From Nitrosopumilaceae archaeon (GTDB lineage Archaea; Thermoproteota; Nitrososphaeria; Nitrososphaerales; Nitrosopumilaceae), in assembly GCA_965214835.1 (NCBI GenBank), contig CBDCCK010000002.1, positions 2,240,001-2,304,000 on the forward strand: 64,000 bases of DNA, read 5' to 3'. The notes beneath the pieces are model-generated. The model saw nothing but the letters and a program-made list of their open reading frames with translations, made no database searches and was not told the DNA's origin. Below, piece by piece: positions 30,880 to 41,398 of the stretch; within the stretch, counting starts at the first letter, position 1; the number at the start of each line of letters is the position of its first letter. The position numbers and the translations under genes are program-made.

Positions 30880-32628
30880 ATGGCCGTATCGGTGGAAAAC
30901 TTTGGCAGCCTGGAATACGTCCTTGATCGGTATTCCAAGTCGTGGTGCTGGAAAATCACCGGAAACCGGGCAGTAGGCATGGTCTCCAAGCTGATCCCAA
31001 AGTCGTGGTACGGTGACGGGCCTGATATCGTAATCGTCCCTGACACCCCTGAGAATGTCGAGCACATACAGTGGATCAATGCAAGGTATCCCTTTGAGAT
31101 CCTTTCCAAGTCTACCTGGCAGCGTAAGATCAGCAAAACCATAAAGCCCAAAAAGAGGATCCCCAAGATTCAAAGACTCATCAAGGCAAAGGCCGGGGAT
31201 CAGTTCAGGGGCGAGCTGCTGAACTTCCAAAAGGAGGGCCTGGACTTTTTCATAAAATCCTCTGGGAACGCGCTACTAGCAGACGAGATGGGCCTGGGAA
31301 AGACCGTCCAGACTCTGGCATACCTGGGAACAGAAAGGCAGACCTTCCCCGCCCTGATAGTCTCCCCCCTGGTTACGCTGAATAACTGGCAGCGTGAAAT
31401 CGAGAAATTCCTGAAAAAGAAAAGCAAGAACGGTAGGATCAACCCCTACAAGACTCCCACGTCTGTCATAATCCGGACGGGAAAGTCCTCCCGGCTGCCC
31501 GAGGTTGACTTTTACATAATCAACTATGAGCTGCTGCACAAGAGAATGGACGATCTATCAAAGCTGGGACTCAGGACGGTCGTGTGCGACGAGGTGCACA
31601 ACCTTCGCTCAAAAACCACAAAAAAATACCGCGCAATAAAAAAACTGGCCGGCCTGCCCTCAATAAAATACCGCATCGGACTATCTGGCACCCCGATATA
31701 CAACCGGGGCTCTGAAATCTGGCCAATAGTCGATATTTTGAGGCCCGGCCTGCTGGGAAACTTTAAAGAATTCTGCGAGTATTTCTGCTACGTCAACGAA
31801 AAGGGCAAGGCAATCGTACTGGAGAACAAGCGCGAGTCCCTGCGCCATGAGCTGCAAAAGCACGTGATGCTGCGAAGAAAAAAGTCTGATGTGCTAAAGG
31901 AGCTCAAGGACAAGGTCCGGTATAAGGAGGTCATAGATGCCGACACAGAGTACTATCTTGCAGAACTTGACAAGATCTGGCACCGGCTTGAGGAGGAGCA
32001 AGAGCGCGCCGAGAGCGCATTTGCCAAGTCGGTATCGTATCGGCGTGCGATTCAAAGCGAGCGGCAGGTGGCCGGCATTGCCAAGCTTCCGCACGTCATT
32101 AACTTTGTAAAGAACATCATGGAGATTGAGGAGAGCGTCGTGGTTTTTTGCCACCACCTCTCCATTCATACGCTGCTCCATGAGAGCCTTCGGGAGTTCT
32201 CCCCCGTCTCCGTAATCGGTGGACAGAGCGACAAGGAAAGGCAAAGAAACATAGACATGTTTCAGGCAGGCCGGTCAAAGCTGATGATTGCAGGCCTTCG
32301 CGCAGGCAACGTCGGAATCAACCTTACCAGGGCGCGCTATGTCATATTTGCCGAGCTGGACTGGAGTCCTGCAATACACCGGCAGGCAGAGGACAGGCTT
32401 CACCGAATCGGACAAAAAAACACCGTGTTTGCGTATTACCTGATTGGCAACGGAACCCTAGACGATCACGTTGCAAACGTACTCGTCGACAAAAGCTACG
32501 AGATTGACGCCATAATGGATGAAAAGGTCGAGTCCTTTGAAAACAAGGAAAAGGCAAAGCTCATTCTGGCACAGATTCATGACAAGGTCAGAAGCAAGTC
32601 ATATGTCCAGCCTCGCCTGAACCCTTGA
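30880..32628 (+). CDS. SNF2-family (SMARCAL1-like) helicase
   Basis: LADEMGLGKT, DEVH, LSGTP, GINLT, QAEDRLHRIGQ. Confidence 0.93.
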   Translation: MAVSVENFGSLEYVLDRYSKSWCWKITGNRAVGMVSKLIPKSWYGDGPDIVIVPDTPENVEHIQWINARYPFEILSKSTWQRKISKTIKPKKRIPKIQRLIKAKAGDQFRGELLNFQKEGLDFFIKSSGNALLADEMGLGKTVQTLAYLGTERQTFPALIVSPLVTLNNWQREIEKFLKKKSKNGRINPYKTPTSVIIRTGKSSRLPEVDFYIINYELLHKRMDDLSKLGLRTVVCDEVHNLRSKTTKKYRAIKKLAGLPSIKYRIGLSGTPIYNRGSEIWPIVDILRPGLLGNFKEFCEYFCYVNEKGKAIVLENKRESLRHELQKHVMLRRKKSDVLKELKDKVRYKEVIDADTEYYLAELDKIWHRLEEEQERAESAFAKSVSYRRAIQSERQVAGIAKLPHVINFVKNIMEIEESVVVFCHHLSIHTLLHESLREFSPVSVIGGQSDKERQRNIDMFQAGRSKLMIAGLRAGNVGINLTRARYVIFAELDWSPAIHRQAEDRLHRIGQKNTVFAYYLIGNGTLDDHVANVLVDKSYEIDAIMDEKVESFENKEKAKLILAQIHDKVRSKSYVQPRLNP

Positions 32629-33186
32629 GACTTTTCCCAGGATCTCACTCTTGACATTTTCGTCCAGCTTTGAGTTTTTTATGGTGCCTGCTATGTCCTC
32701 TAGCAGCTCAAAGACCTCCGAGTCGTCCGGCAAGTCCGCACCAGCCTTCCCGATCACCCTTCTTCCCTCTGAGGTGATCTCAAATACCTGCTCTATGCCC
32801 CGCCCGGTTCTCAGCGCCGACATTAACACAAGCCGGTTCCTCCTCAGGCCTTCGATCTCCGATCCTATCTTTTTGTCGTCCTCGTCAAGGTACTCTGCAA
32901 TCTTGTCGGCGCCAAGCGAGCTGATTTCCAAAATCCGAAGGATTTTTACCCGCACTGGAATGCCGTCGCCCCAAAGAATCTGCCTTGCCAAGTCGGTGAC
33001 CTGAAACGACTTGTCTTCGTTTAGCTTGAGCAGGCCCCTCTCGATCATTGACGCAAGATTGTCCAGTATCCTTCCGGTACCTGCGCTGCCGACCCCGGAG
33101 CCCTCTAGTACCTGCTCGTCAACTCGGTTGCGATTCCTTACTCCCAAGGCCAGAATCTTCACATCGAGTATCCCCACCTTCATCAT
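32599..33186 (-). CDS. tandem winged-helix hypothetical protein
   Basis: Two wHTH-like segments ending FQVTDLAR and FEITSEGR. Confidence 0.65.
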   Translation of the reverse strand: MMKVGILDVKILALGVRNRNRVDEQVLEGSGVGSAGTGRILDNLASMIERGLLKLNEDKSFQVTDLARQILWGDGIPVRVKILRILEISSLGADKIAEYLDEDDKKIGSEIEGLRRNRLVLMSALRTGRGIEQVFEITSEGRRVIGKAGADLPDDSEVFELLEDIAGTIKNSKLDENVKSEILGKVSRVQARLDI

Positions 33187-33278
33187 GATAAGCCTTGCCG
33201 CCTTGAATATATACAATATTGCCGCTCTCCTGTGCAAGTTCCGCCGAGGCCTGGATTCGGCGACGATGGCAGACTGCT

Positions 33279-33737
33279 TCAACTTTGAGGCGCTTGGCCA
33301 GATGCGCGCCAACCCCAAGCCATAGGATCACCTCTGGTGTCAGATTCCGGCGTGGAGCTTGCCGGAGTGTACTCGAGCCGGACGGACATGCCGTTTGCGG
33401 TTGGGATCTTTTCGGCAATGTTGGTGTGGCTCAGGCGCCCTTTTGCGGGGTACTCATAAAACGTCAGATAGTCGCCGTCGGTGCCTGCTGCGTTTATGTC
33501 GACTGTGACCTTGTCGTTTGTGGTCACGCCTATTGCCCTGTTCTAGGCTGTGGGTGCCTGGTTTCTGGTTGTGATGTTGTCACAGTCAAGCGACGTTATG
33601 GTTCCTGCGATAAACGAGTTACCCCGGCATTCTTTGCCGATGTACCCCTCCGAGACGGACGGCTGGGACAGGGATGGCCATATGCAGCAATGCACAGTGA
33701 AGACTGCAAAAAACAAAACGGGAAGCTTGGTCATCAC
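33279..33737 (-). pseudogene. secreted Ig-like-domain protein with in-frame TAG
   Basis: ORFs 33543-33737 and 33279-33527 share a frame; signal peptide, NQAPTA*...TDGDYLTF...P.KG.L...EYTP. Confidence 0.6.
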
Positions 33738-34331
33738 TTTACCAACAGGCTGTTAAAGACGGGCAGCAGCTCATCAAGCGTGTGATAACGTGAATTTACG
33801 CCCATCGACGTATGTTCATCATGATGGAAGCTGATGCCTGCACGATAGTGATTCAGAGCATTTCCGCCCTCAAATGCGCTTACCGTTTTCCCGTCACGCG
33901 TCATCTCCCTGAAGCCCTCCCCGTAGTTGCCGTACTGAGAACCAAAAACTTCTTTGATATATTCTATCTCATCTTCAATCTCGTCAAGAGGAACAACACG
34001 ATACTCGGCCCAAACCACAAATCCCTCGGAGTGCTTCAATTCGTAGTTGGTCACGTTTTCATTTAATACAAAGGTAGTCGGAACAAACTGCATCCTCATC
34101 TTGCAGCCTGAAGGTTTGCAGACATTGTCTGCATACAGCAGTCGCTGTCCGTCGGGAATGTATGTGGGCATCCAGTCCTCAATGTGGAACCCTGTTCCGG
34201 GGGTTATGGAGTATTTTTCATGCTGCGTTGCAGGCAGTCTTATCAGGTTGTCAGGGCCGACATCATCGGGGGTTATATCGCTGCCCATGATCTTTTCATA
34301 GTAGGGCCACGGGGGAGGGTATCTTGCAAGT

Positions 34332-35747
34332 CAGTACTTCCTAGATGTACTTTTGCAGACCCGACACGGCACCTCCGCTACTTTCCGCGATCGTTTACAA
34401 ACGAGTCGGCCGCATCGACAATGCACGCGACAAACAGCATCATGGTAAACCCCTTCCCTCCTGCAAATCCGTCCCACTTGGATTCCACGTCTATGAACAC
34501 GGCAGTCCTCCACAGGTTGTACAGTATGACAGACATATAGAACAGCAGCAGCCTGACGACCGGGGAATTGCTGCACGTCTTGCCCATTATCCCCTTGATC
34601 ACCCTGAACCCGGTCTCGATTCCCCACCGACTGCGGTACTCCTCCGGTATCTGCTCAATGACTGCCTCTGCACTTTTAGCAGACATGTTGGTGGCAAAGA
34701 CCAGATACCTGTCGGCTATGGTCTCTTCTGCCTTGTCCTTCTTTGCTGCTGCCGTGCCGTCCTTTTCTACCTCGTCCTTTTCCACAATGACTAGCCTGAA
34801 TGTGGCGCTCTTGCCGTCCTTGTTGGTCATTGTATATTTTGATACCGCACCGCGTTCTCCGCGGTCATGCTCCTCTATTGCCGCCACTATCCTCCTGTTC
34901 TTGACGGCAGGCATGATGTAGCTGCCCGTGCTTGTTTCTGCAGCCCTCATGCAGTCCACGTTAAAGAACCCGCGGTCATACAGGAACGTCTTGATCCTCA
35001 TCCCTGATCTGGACGCCTTGCGGATCATTTTAGGCACGAAATCGGCCAGTTTTGCCTCTTTTGGAAGCTGCAGCGAGGAAAGCACGAGGTCAGACCCGTC
35101 ATCTGATCCTATTCCGTGCATGGTAATGTGCGAGAGAAACGTCGACGTGCCGTTCTTGGGCTTTGACTTTCTGGCGATATCCTCCAGGCCCTTGCCATAG
35201 TATTCCACGTCGGTAACGTCCACTGCCACGACGTCCGTGTTGTGCAGCATGCCTGACCTGCGGGCGCACCTTACCGTATGCTGCAGCATGGAGCTGCACC
35301 ACTTTTGCGCATCATCCAGGCTGACGCCCCGGATCGCCTTTAGGATCCAGTCCGGACTAGGCGTACGGCAACTATACGCGCCGCCCTTGGAGGCAGCCCC
35401 GTCGTCATGCTGCTGCCTGCTGCATTTTGAGGCCCGCCTGCGAAGGTGCGTCACGGCAGATTCTGCAAACATCCTCCTCTCAGACATGAAATATAGAACG
35501 CGCAGTGCGTCGATGTGGTCATACACTGCGTTGCGACTCTTTGAGACGGCCAGCCCGAGCTTGGGAAACCGCCGTCGCAATGTTTTAAACTGTCTCGATG
35601 TTATGTCAAACTGGTGTGCAAACACGTCGTTTTGTGTTACTGACATGATGATGGTTGGCACACCGCCTGATCTATAGTATGATGGTCAAAAAATCTCGGC
35701 AAATTGCGTAATTATCGTGCCTGCAAAAGTACATCGAGGAACTACTG
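34332..35747 (-). mobile_element. ISH3/IS4-type element copy 2 (1416 bp, intact)
   Basis: CAG-terminal TIRs, 4-bp TSD aagt. Confidence 0.93.
34378..35661 (-). CDS. ISH3/IS4-family DDE transposase
   Basis: AVDVT, YDRGFF, YRSRWGIETGFRVIK (YREK). Confidence 0.92.
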   Translation of the reverse strand: MPTIIMSVTQNDVFAHQFDITSRQFKTLRRRFPKLGLAVSKSRNAVYDHIDALRVLYFMSERRMFAESAVTHLRRRASKCSRQQHDDGAASKGGAYSCRTPSPDWILKAIRGVSLDDAQKWCSSMLQHTVRCARRSGMLHNTDVVAVDVTDVEYYGKGLEDIARKSKPKNGTSTFLSHITMHGIGSDDGSDLVLSSLQLPKEAKLADFVPKMIRKASRSGMRIKTFLYDRGFFNVDCMRAAETSTGSYIMPAVKNRRIVAAIEEHDRGERGAVSKYTMTNKDGKSATFRLVIVEKDEVEKDGTAAAKKDKAEETIADRYLVFATNMSAKSAEAVIEQIPEEYRSRWGIETGFRVIKGIMGKTCSNSPVVRLLLFYMSVILYNLWRTAVFIDVESKWDGFAGGKGFTMMLFVACIVDAADSFVNDRGK

Positions 35748-36349
35748 AAGTGTGGATCTTTTGATCTCCCGCCCGTCATCGACAAACTCCACGGGAGACG
35801 AGGCACTCAGCACCACAAAGCCATCGCCCTCTCCTCCGGCATCGGGGCCGTCGATGCTGCCGCCTCCGGTTTTTGCCGCCTCCGGCTGCTGTCGGTCATG
35901 GCGTTCTGTTGCCTGTGCTACCGGCACCCATCCTTTTTGCAGCAGTTTTTGCACCGAGCCCTCGCTGATGCATGCAGGCGTTCCGCGCGTGGTCTCCATC
36001 AGCGTCTTTGAATCCCGGCACTGTATCTCGTGTATCGGCACCCCCGCCTCATGCTGTGCCATCGGAGACGGCACCTCTGCCATTGCGCCGAGCGACAGCA
36101 TGCCCGCGCCTGCGACAGAGAGCAACGCAAGGGCAGCCACTACCGTATTCATTACCGTTCTTCAATACTGAAATATTTAAGCGATCCAGAGAACCGGCCT
36201 CCTAGAAATCATCAGCCAAACTATGGATGCGGCGGCAAAATACGTCGAGAAGAGCCGAAAACGTACCAGCAAGCTCAATGATGGCGAAACCATCTAACTT
36301 GACAGCTCCCTCATTTGATTGGTATAGCTGATAAAACACCGTTGTGACG

Positions 36350-36478
36350 GGGACTGTCGCCTAATTCACCAGAATTCCTGAAAATCATGAGGTGCCAAAT
36401 GGATCAGGCGGACAAAAGGGCGGAAATTCATAAAGACGTGCAGATTGAGTCAGATGGATGGAATTAGGCGACAACCCC
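36350..36478 (+). mobile_element. MITE family A copy 3
   Basis: gggactgtcgcctaattc...gaattaggcgacaacccc, 129 bp. Confidence 0.8.
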
Positions 36479-36541
36479 GCTCACACCTGATTTTACGGAG
36501 GATCTGATGTTGTGCAAATTATCTAATTAGGCAACAGCTCC

Positions 36542-36715
36542 GGTGTGCGCAGATGCGCCGTCTGTTATTGTCAAGACCTTTCCAAAGTGACTGTGCAGAT
36601 CTCTCGGATACTTGAGTAATGTCGGGCCGTCAAATTTATCGTACGTCCGGAAGAAGCGGCGTCCGTCCGTGGCAATTGCGCCGTAGGCCACAATCCTGCG
36701 GTGGTTTCCCTTCAA
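36542..36715 (-). pseudogene. IS630 transposase internal fragment
   Basis: YGAIATDGRRFF...FGKVLTITDGASAH. Confidence 0.65.
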
Positions 36716-36867
36716 AGTTTAAAATGTAATATATCCTATAATCCTTGGGTTTCGGTCAGGCAGTGCTAGCATTGTACTAGCCTTTTTTTTAATTAAAAAT
36801 AGCAGGAAATTCTAGCTGGATCACCTGTAACGGCCAGCCCCCGTCCGGTTTTTTCGGCCTTTAAAGC

Positions 36868-36976
36868 GTAACAGCTCAGGCTCTGGAAGTTCAGGCATGA
36901 ATTTTATCGCCAAAGGGATCTTCGCAGATGTAATTTGTGCCTAAAATCATAAATCACTTCGAGCCCGAGCTGTTAC
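36868..36976 (+). mobile_element. MITE family C (109 bp, IS66-derived)
   Basis: TIR GTAACAGCTC.GGCTC / GAGCCCGAGCTGTTAC; perfect 8-bp TSD tttaaagc. Confidence 0.88.
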
Positions 36977-37121
36977 TTTAAAGCAGCGCGGTTTTTTGCT
37001 TGGCCAACGAAAACCACGGGGCCGCACCCTAATTGATCTGTTTGCATCTGCCGGTGTTGTCAAGATGGCCTAAATTCCTTGATTTTCTGCCTAGATGGGG
37101 TACTTTTCACTTAGCTGAATT

Positions 37122-37209
37122 GTAAGAGCTTACCCCCTTCCGAAAATGCGAGTGGTGGGCACAGTGATCAAGGTTCTGGACTGTAGTGTCGCCCAGGGGG
37201 CAGACTCAC
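37122..37209 (+). mobile_element. MITE family D (88 bp) copy 1
   Basis: GTAAGAGCTTACCCC start; 8-bp TSD gctgaatt/gccgaatt; inverted homolog at 47787. Confidence 0.8.
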
Positions 37210-37257
37210 GCCGAATTTGGAGCAACGCTTTTAACCAAAAATTGGGGCCGATCCACA

Positions 37258-38523
37258 ATGAAGACGATTTTCAAGTATGTGGGATTGCTTGCAATCCTAC
37301 CCATACTGGCAGTGGCCTTGACAAGCGAACCATTTACAGATGCCAGTGCCCTAAAGTCCAAGGGAACAAGCGTGGGCAATTTTGGCTCCTCTACTGCAAG
37401 CATTGTTTGCGGTGACAGGCTCTGCTCAGAATACCTGGGCGGAAGGGCCGAATTTGAGGAATCCATGCGTATGGCTTCTCCCACGAGAGCCGCCGCAGAG
37501 ACCTCTGAGGAGTCCATGGCTCATGACGAACATGAAAAAAAACATGTTGATGAGGGCGACCTGGATTCCGTACTTCGACTGTCAAGGGCAAGCGTTCCTG
37601 CAACAATTCCAATGCACATGGGATACTATGACGGCCAGCCGGTATATTATGTCATTACCGATGCCAGTGACGAGGCACATGCCGACGTAATCACCGAGCA
37701 GCAGGGCTGGCGGGTTGAGCTTGCACCTGTCCTGAGTACGGCTCCTGATTCCGCACTCTCCAAGACATACTTCTTTACTAACGGAGTGTCTGGGGACGGA
37801 ATCCACGGATTCCAAAACCAGGTCTTGACAAGCATTCCCGGACAGGAAGGCTACAGCGCACTGACCTACCACGTTCATGTGGCCTGGGTCGATCAAAGCA
37901 ATGTCCGTGAACTGACCTCAGAGTCTGAAATCATGGATGCCGCGCAAAACGGTGAGGTGGAGCTGTTGGATCTGCCCGTCGTAGTCAACATGCCGCAGAT
38001 TGTCTGGCCTAGCGGACAGATGATGGTGGCTGACAAGGTTTTGGAGGATGACACCCCGTACGGCGGTGGCCAGGTCTTGGATATTGACATCGAAGGGATG
38101 GAGGTAACGTTCATTGCGCACAGGGGCTGGGGACCGGATGGCAGGACCATCTACTATATTGTAACCGATGCTACCCCCAGCGGCCCGGCCGACATGATGG
38201 GCGTTGTGAGCACCCCCTCATCTGCCAACCTGATAAACAGCGGTGCCGCAGTAAATCTGTTCCAGTTCCGTAACGGGATTGGCGGCTCGGGTCCATTGGG
38301 ATTCCAGCCTGGAATTGCCGCCGGTGCCCCGGGAGACGCAAACTACAGTCCGATGTGGAGAATATTCCTGATCGACTGGGAAGATCCCGAGGATGCAGCT
38401 GTTTTGGAGACCATTGGTGACATCAATGCCTACAGGGATGCAGGGTTGATTCAGATCGACATAGCAAGGCCCATGGACAGTGATCACATCGTAAACTGCC
38501 CGTTCATCGATCCCTTCCAATAG
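37258..38523 (+). CDS. secreted protein of thaumarchaeal type (duplicated YSxLWH/YSPMW domain, DUF7482-like)
   Basis: Signal peptide, VCGDRLCSE, two halves each with YY.ITDA...NG...GFQ...YS...VN.P. Confidence 0.8.
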   Translation: MKTIFKYVGLLAILPILAVALTSEPFTDASALKSKGTSVGNFGSSTASIVCGDRLCSEYLGGRAEFEESMRMASPTRAAAETSEESMAHDEHEKKHVDEGDLDSVLRLSRASVPATIPMHMGYYDGQPVYYVITDASDEAHADVITEQQGWRVELAPVLSTAPDSALSKTYFFTNGVSGDGIHGFQNQVLTSIPGQEGYSALTYHVHVAWVDQSNVRELTSESEIMDAAQNGEVELLDLPVVVNMPQIVWPSGQMMVADKVLEDDTPYGGGQVLDIDIEGMEVTFIAHRGWGPDGRTIYYIVTDATPSGPADMMGVVSTPSSANLINSGAAVNLFQFRNGIGGSGPLGFQPGIAAGAPGDANYSPMWRIFLIDWEDPEDAAVLETIGDINAYRDAGLIQIDIARPMDSDHIVNCPFIDPFQ

Positions 38524-38963
38524 GGAAAACCCCCTCTTTTCTTTCTGTCTTTCTAGGCGTAGCCTGCCCCTTGGCAGTCCGGACGGCAGCGTACGAGTCT
38601 GCAGGAAATCCAAGTGGTGGAATGCCCCCCGACAGGCCGCCCCCTGCCAGCGCATCCATGATGATGCCCGTCACGCTGCTGGGGCCTGTCATGTTACACC
38701 CCGGGCCTGCCGATAGCCACCGTGCAGGGCAGCGTCTCTGGCTTGGAAGCGTCGAGCTCGATGCAGGGGAGAGCCGGGACGATATTTACCTGCCTGTTCC
38801 CGGGCCTTGCAAAGGCGCCTGTCGCAGTCCAGGTTCATCATGATGGGATCCTGCCATCTCCAGAGGATGCTGCATGGTGATCAAGGCTGGCCCGGTGTAG
38901 CCTAGAGGGCAGCCTCCTGCAAAGACTGTCTATACAGGTTAAAATAAAGCAGCACGCACTTTC

Positions 38964-39221
38964 TTGGGTATGGATTTCATGCTAGAGGAGGAGATGATTG
39001 ATCTTTTTACGTTTTGCCTGCAAAATCCCGACTCCAACGAGGCTGCCGAAAAAAAGTCCAGGATTGCCGAGATTGGCAAAGAGCTGCACGCCGATGGCGG
39101 CGTTGACGCGATGGAGAACTTTTTCTTTGTGGTAAGGAATCGAATAATTGGAGAGATCGAAAAGGATCCAGAGTCGTTTCGCAGGCTGTGGAACGGCATA
39201 GATCCTCAATGGGATTATTGA
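38964..39221 (+). CDS. hypothetical protein
   Basis: IGKELHADGGVDAMEN...WNGI. Confidence 0.7.
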   Translation: MGMDFMLEEEMIDLFTFCLQNPDSNEAAEKKSRIAEIGKELHADGGVDAMENFFFVVRNRIIGEIEKDPESFRRLWNGIDPQWDY

Positions 39222-39239
39222 TCCTAAAAAAAGAGATGA

Positions 39240-39386
39240 TTATTCAGGCCTGCCTATCCTGAATATTGGAGTACTGCATGTCGGACAGGTTCCCCTTACT
39301 GCAGGTTTTCCATTCTTGAGAGTTGTCGGCTTTACTCCCTTGATCTCTCTTTTGTCTCGGCATTTCACACAATATCCGATTACCAT
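39240..39386 (-). CDS. DUF5679 / Cren7-like small zinc-ribbon DNA-binding protein (48 aa, below ORF-track cutoff)
   Basis: MVIGYCVKCRDKREIKGVKPTTLKNGKPAVRGTCPTCSTPIFRIGRPE*. Confidence 0.85.
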   Translation of the reverse strand: MVIGYCVKCRDKREIKGVKPTTLKNGKPAVRGTCPTCSTPIFRIGRPE

Positions 39387-39683
39387 ACAGTATTATGCGC
39401 CCAGATCCTATTAGCGAGAATTTGTGAATATTTTTTTACCATCTGGCAAACTGCCAATCCAGTTTTGTCGGCTTGCCTGGTTTTTGGTGTTCTGGCAACA
39501 ACACCAAAAAATGAGCCATGATTTTGTCATGTCGTGCATATTTCGACAAGGAAATAATCGCTTTTCAATTACGCATACTGGCATCATTAGCTTTGCCTAA
39601 ACCTTTGGAACAATTGGGCTGATAACTGCTTTGTAGAGGATATGCCTGCAAGCTTTAAATGCGTTGCAATACATTTTGAACCC

Positions 39684-40100
39684 ATGCTGCTCCCTGCAGA
39701 AATTGAGTCAAAGACCTTGATTCCTGCACTTCGTGCAATTTTGGCAAAAAAGCTGGCACTGGATCATAAAATCCGCGAGGACGAAATCTCGAAAATGCTC
39801 GGCGTAACACAGGCTGCAATCAGCAACTACATCAGGGGGACGCGCGGCAACCCCTCCCTGATTGCCAAGCTGATGGCAGAAGAGCAGGTGGCAAAAATGA
39901 TAAACGAGCTAAGCGATAACCTAGCGTCGGATATGGCATACACCCCATCAAGCCTTTCCAAGTTCATAGGTCTGTGCAACTATGTCAAGTCAAGCCTGCT
40001 GATTTGCGATATCCACCACAATCTTGAAACCGACATTGATGAGCAGGTCTGCAAAGAGTGCGAAAACATGCTGCTAAGGGGCCCCGGCAGCGTATACTAG
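39684..40100 (+). CDS. HTH transcriptional regulator (ThiR N-domain-like)
   Basis: MLLPAEIESKTLIPALRA, LGVTQAAISNY, ICDIHH...CKEC. Confidence 0.8.
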   Translation: MLLPAEIESKTLIPALRAILAKKLALDHKIREDEISKMLGVTQAAISNYIRGTRGNPSLIAKLMAEEQVAKMINELSDNLASDMAYTPSSLSKFIGLCNYVKSSLLICDIHHNLETDIDEQVCKECENMLLRGPGSVY

Positions 40101-40405
40101 TCCCTGACAAGAACAATCTCTATGGTGGACGTCATCCTTCCGATTCCGGGCGGCGCCTCGCTGTCCACCGTAATGTCTTGCGTCCTGGCATCGTTTTTTA
40201 GCATGTTCTCTGTCAGGATGTTTGCTACTGCGACCGCGTTTGGGATCGAGCTGCCGCTTGCCCTTAGAATGAGCTTTTTCCCCCTTGCAAACTCCTGCAG
40301 CAGATCCATTGCCACCTGCATGACCGGATCACGCTTTACATAGACTACAATGTCGCCGGCCGAGCCCGTACGACTAGCCACGGATGTCTGCACTCCCTCT
40401 TCCAT
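40097..40405 (-). CDS. Alba-family DNA/RNA-binding protein
   Basis: LRASGSSIPNAVAVANI...STIEIVL. Confidence 0.85.
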   Translation of the reverse strand: MEEGVQTSVASRTGSAGDIVVYVKRDPVMQVAMDLLQEFARGKKLILRASGSSIPNAVAVANILTENMLKNDARTQDITVDSEAPPGIGRMTSTIEIVLVRD

Positions 40406-40463
40406 ATGCGTCAGCTACCATGAGGACTTGCTGGCTTCTTAAGTCTTGTCGACGATTCATACA

Positions 40464-40958
40464 TTACTGGAAATAACCGATTGGGATGTTTTGATGGTCG
40501 CCGTTTGGCAGTACCCTCTTGATTATAATCGGAATGATTCTCTGATCCAACTCCTCCATCGCAATGTCCAGCGAGGTCCTGGCCGTGGCGGGAATTTCAA
40601 TGAATGGGGGGGCGCCTTGCGATAGCTGTAATGCGCGAGCGCCCATTATCCTTGCCTTTTCAAACCTTGTCAGTACGGGGGGACCGATTGTAACGTTGCC
40701 ATCCTCTGCGGGGATTTCCTGCGGCGTGTGCTCCGAATTGGCCTCAATAATGTCCCTGTCCTCAATCTCCTTGATCTTCTTTTCCAGGTCGTCTTGCTCC
40801 TTTTCGGAAAGCTCCTTTGCCTCCATCAACCTCCTGTATGTGTCTACGGCCTTTGTCAGCCCAGCATTTGATAGCGCCTCCTCGTCGCTGATCTCCCGTT
40901 CTTCGGGCGGGGGCGCCGATACCTCTTCAACTGAAGCTTCGGACTCTGTAGTAGGCAA
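40464..40958 (-). CDS. rpoK: RNA polymerase subunit K (Rpo6) with acidic N-terminal extension
   Basis: LTRFEKARIMGARALQLSQGAP, IAMEEL...IPIIIKRVLP; start uncertain. Confidence 0.92.
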   Translation of the reverse strand: MPTTESEASVEEVSAPPPEEREISDEEALSNAGLTKAVDTYRRLMEAKELSEKEQDDLEKKIKEIEDRDIIEANSEHTPQEIPAEDGNVTIGPPVLTRFEKARIMGARALQLSQGAPPFIEIPATARTSLDIAMEELDQRIIPIIIKRVLPNGDHQNIPIGYFQ

Positions 40959-40993
40959 GTAATGTGTTGTCCTAAAAGCGGTTATATAATCCA

Positions 40994-41398
40994 ATGACTC
41001 TAAACTACGAATTGAGCTTGCATTCTGTCTCAAAATCCAGCCTAATATTGGAGGTTAGGGGAAAGTCAAGGATCCCAGTTGAGCTAAAGCGGCACCTGGC
41101 CCCCCGGACGGTTGGAATGCTGCTAAGATCCATCCCGCTGGACGGCAATGCCCACCTTCTTGGAGGTGGCATCATCTATCTCGAGTCCCCGATTGACTCT
41201 GGACTTGAGCGTGCAAGAAGGGATTTCAAGAGGGGCGATGTTGCGTTTTATCCCGGGGGGAGGAGCATCTGCTTTTTTGCAAGAGCCGTCTATGCTGGAA
41301 AGCAAATGTCGCCGATTGGAAAGATAATCTCCGGCGTTGAGGATCTTGATAATGCAAAGCCCGGGGATGTCCTGTCCCTGCATCAGGATGCCGGCTGA
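40994..41398 (+). CDS. cyclophilin-like fold protein
   Basis: HLAPRTV, GDVAFYPGGRSICFF, PIGKI. Confidence 0.75.
   Translation: MTLNYELSLHSVSKSSLILEVRGKSRIPVELKRHLAPRTVGMLLRSIPLDGNAHLLGGGIIYLESPIDSGLERARRDFKRGDVAFYPGGRSICFFARAVYAGKQMSPIGKIISGVEDLDNAKPGDVLSLHQDAG

Larger units (their letters stand above)
33734..36152 (-). pseudogene. secreted/surface protein interrupted by ISH3 copy 2
   Basis: Removing the IS and one TSD gives in-frame ...IKRSTL-ARYPPPWPYYEKIMGSDIT...; N-terminus has a signal peptide and SPMAQ...IQCRD...GTPACI...KGW motif. Confidence 0.85.

Noticed and set aside
37146-37257. Upstream starts of the secreted protein (37186) and ORF 37146-37415
   Set aside because: They start inside MITE D; the signal peptide starts at ATG 37258.
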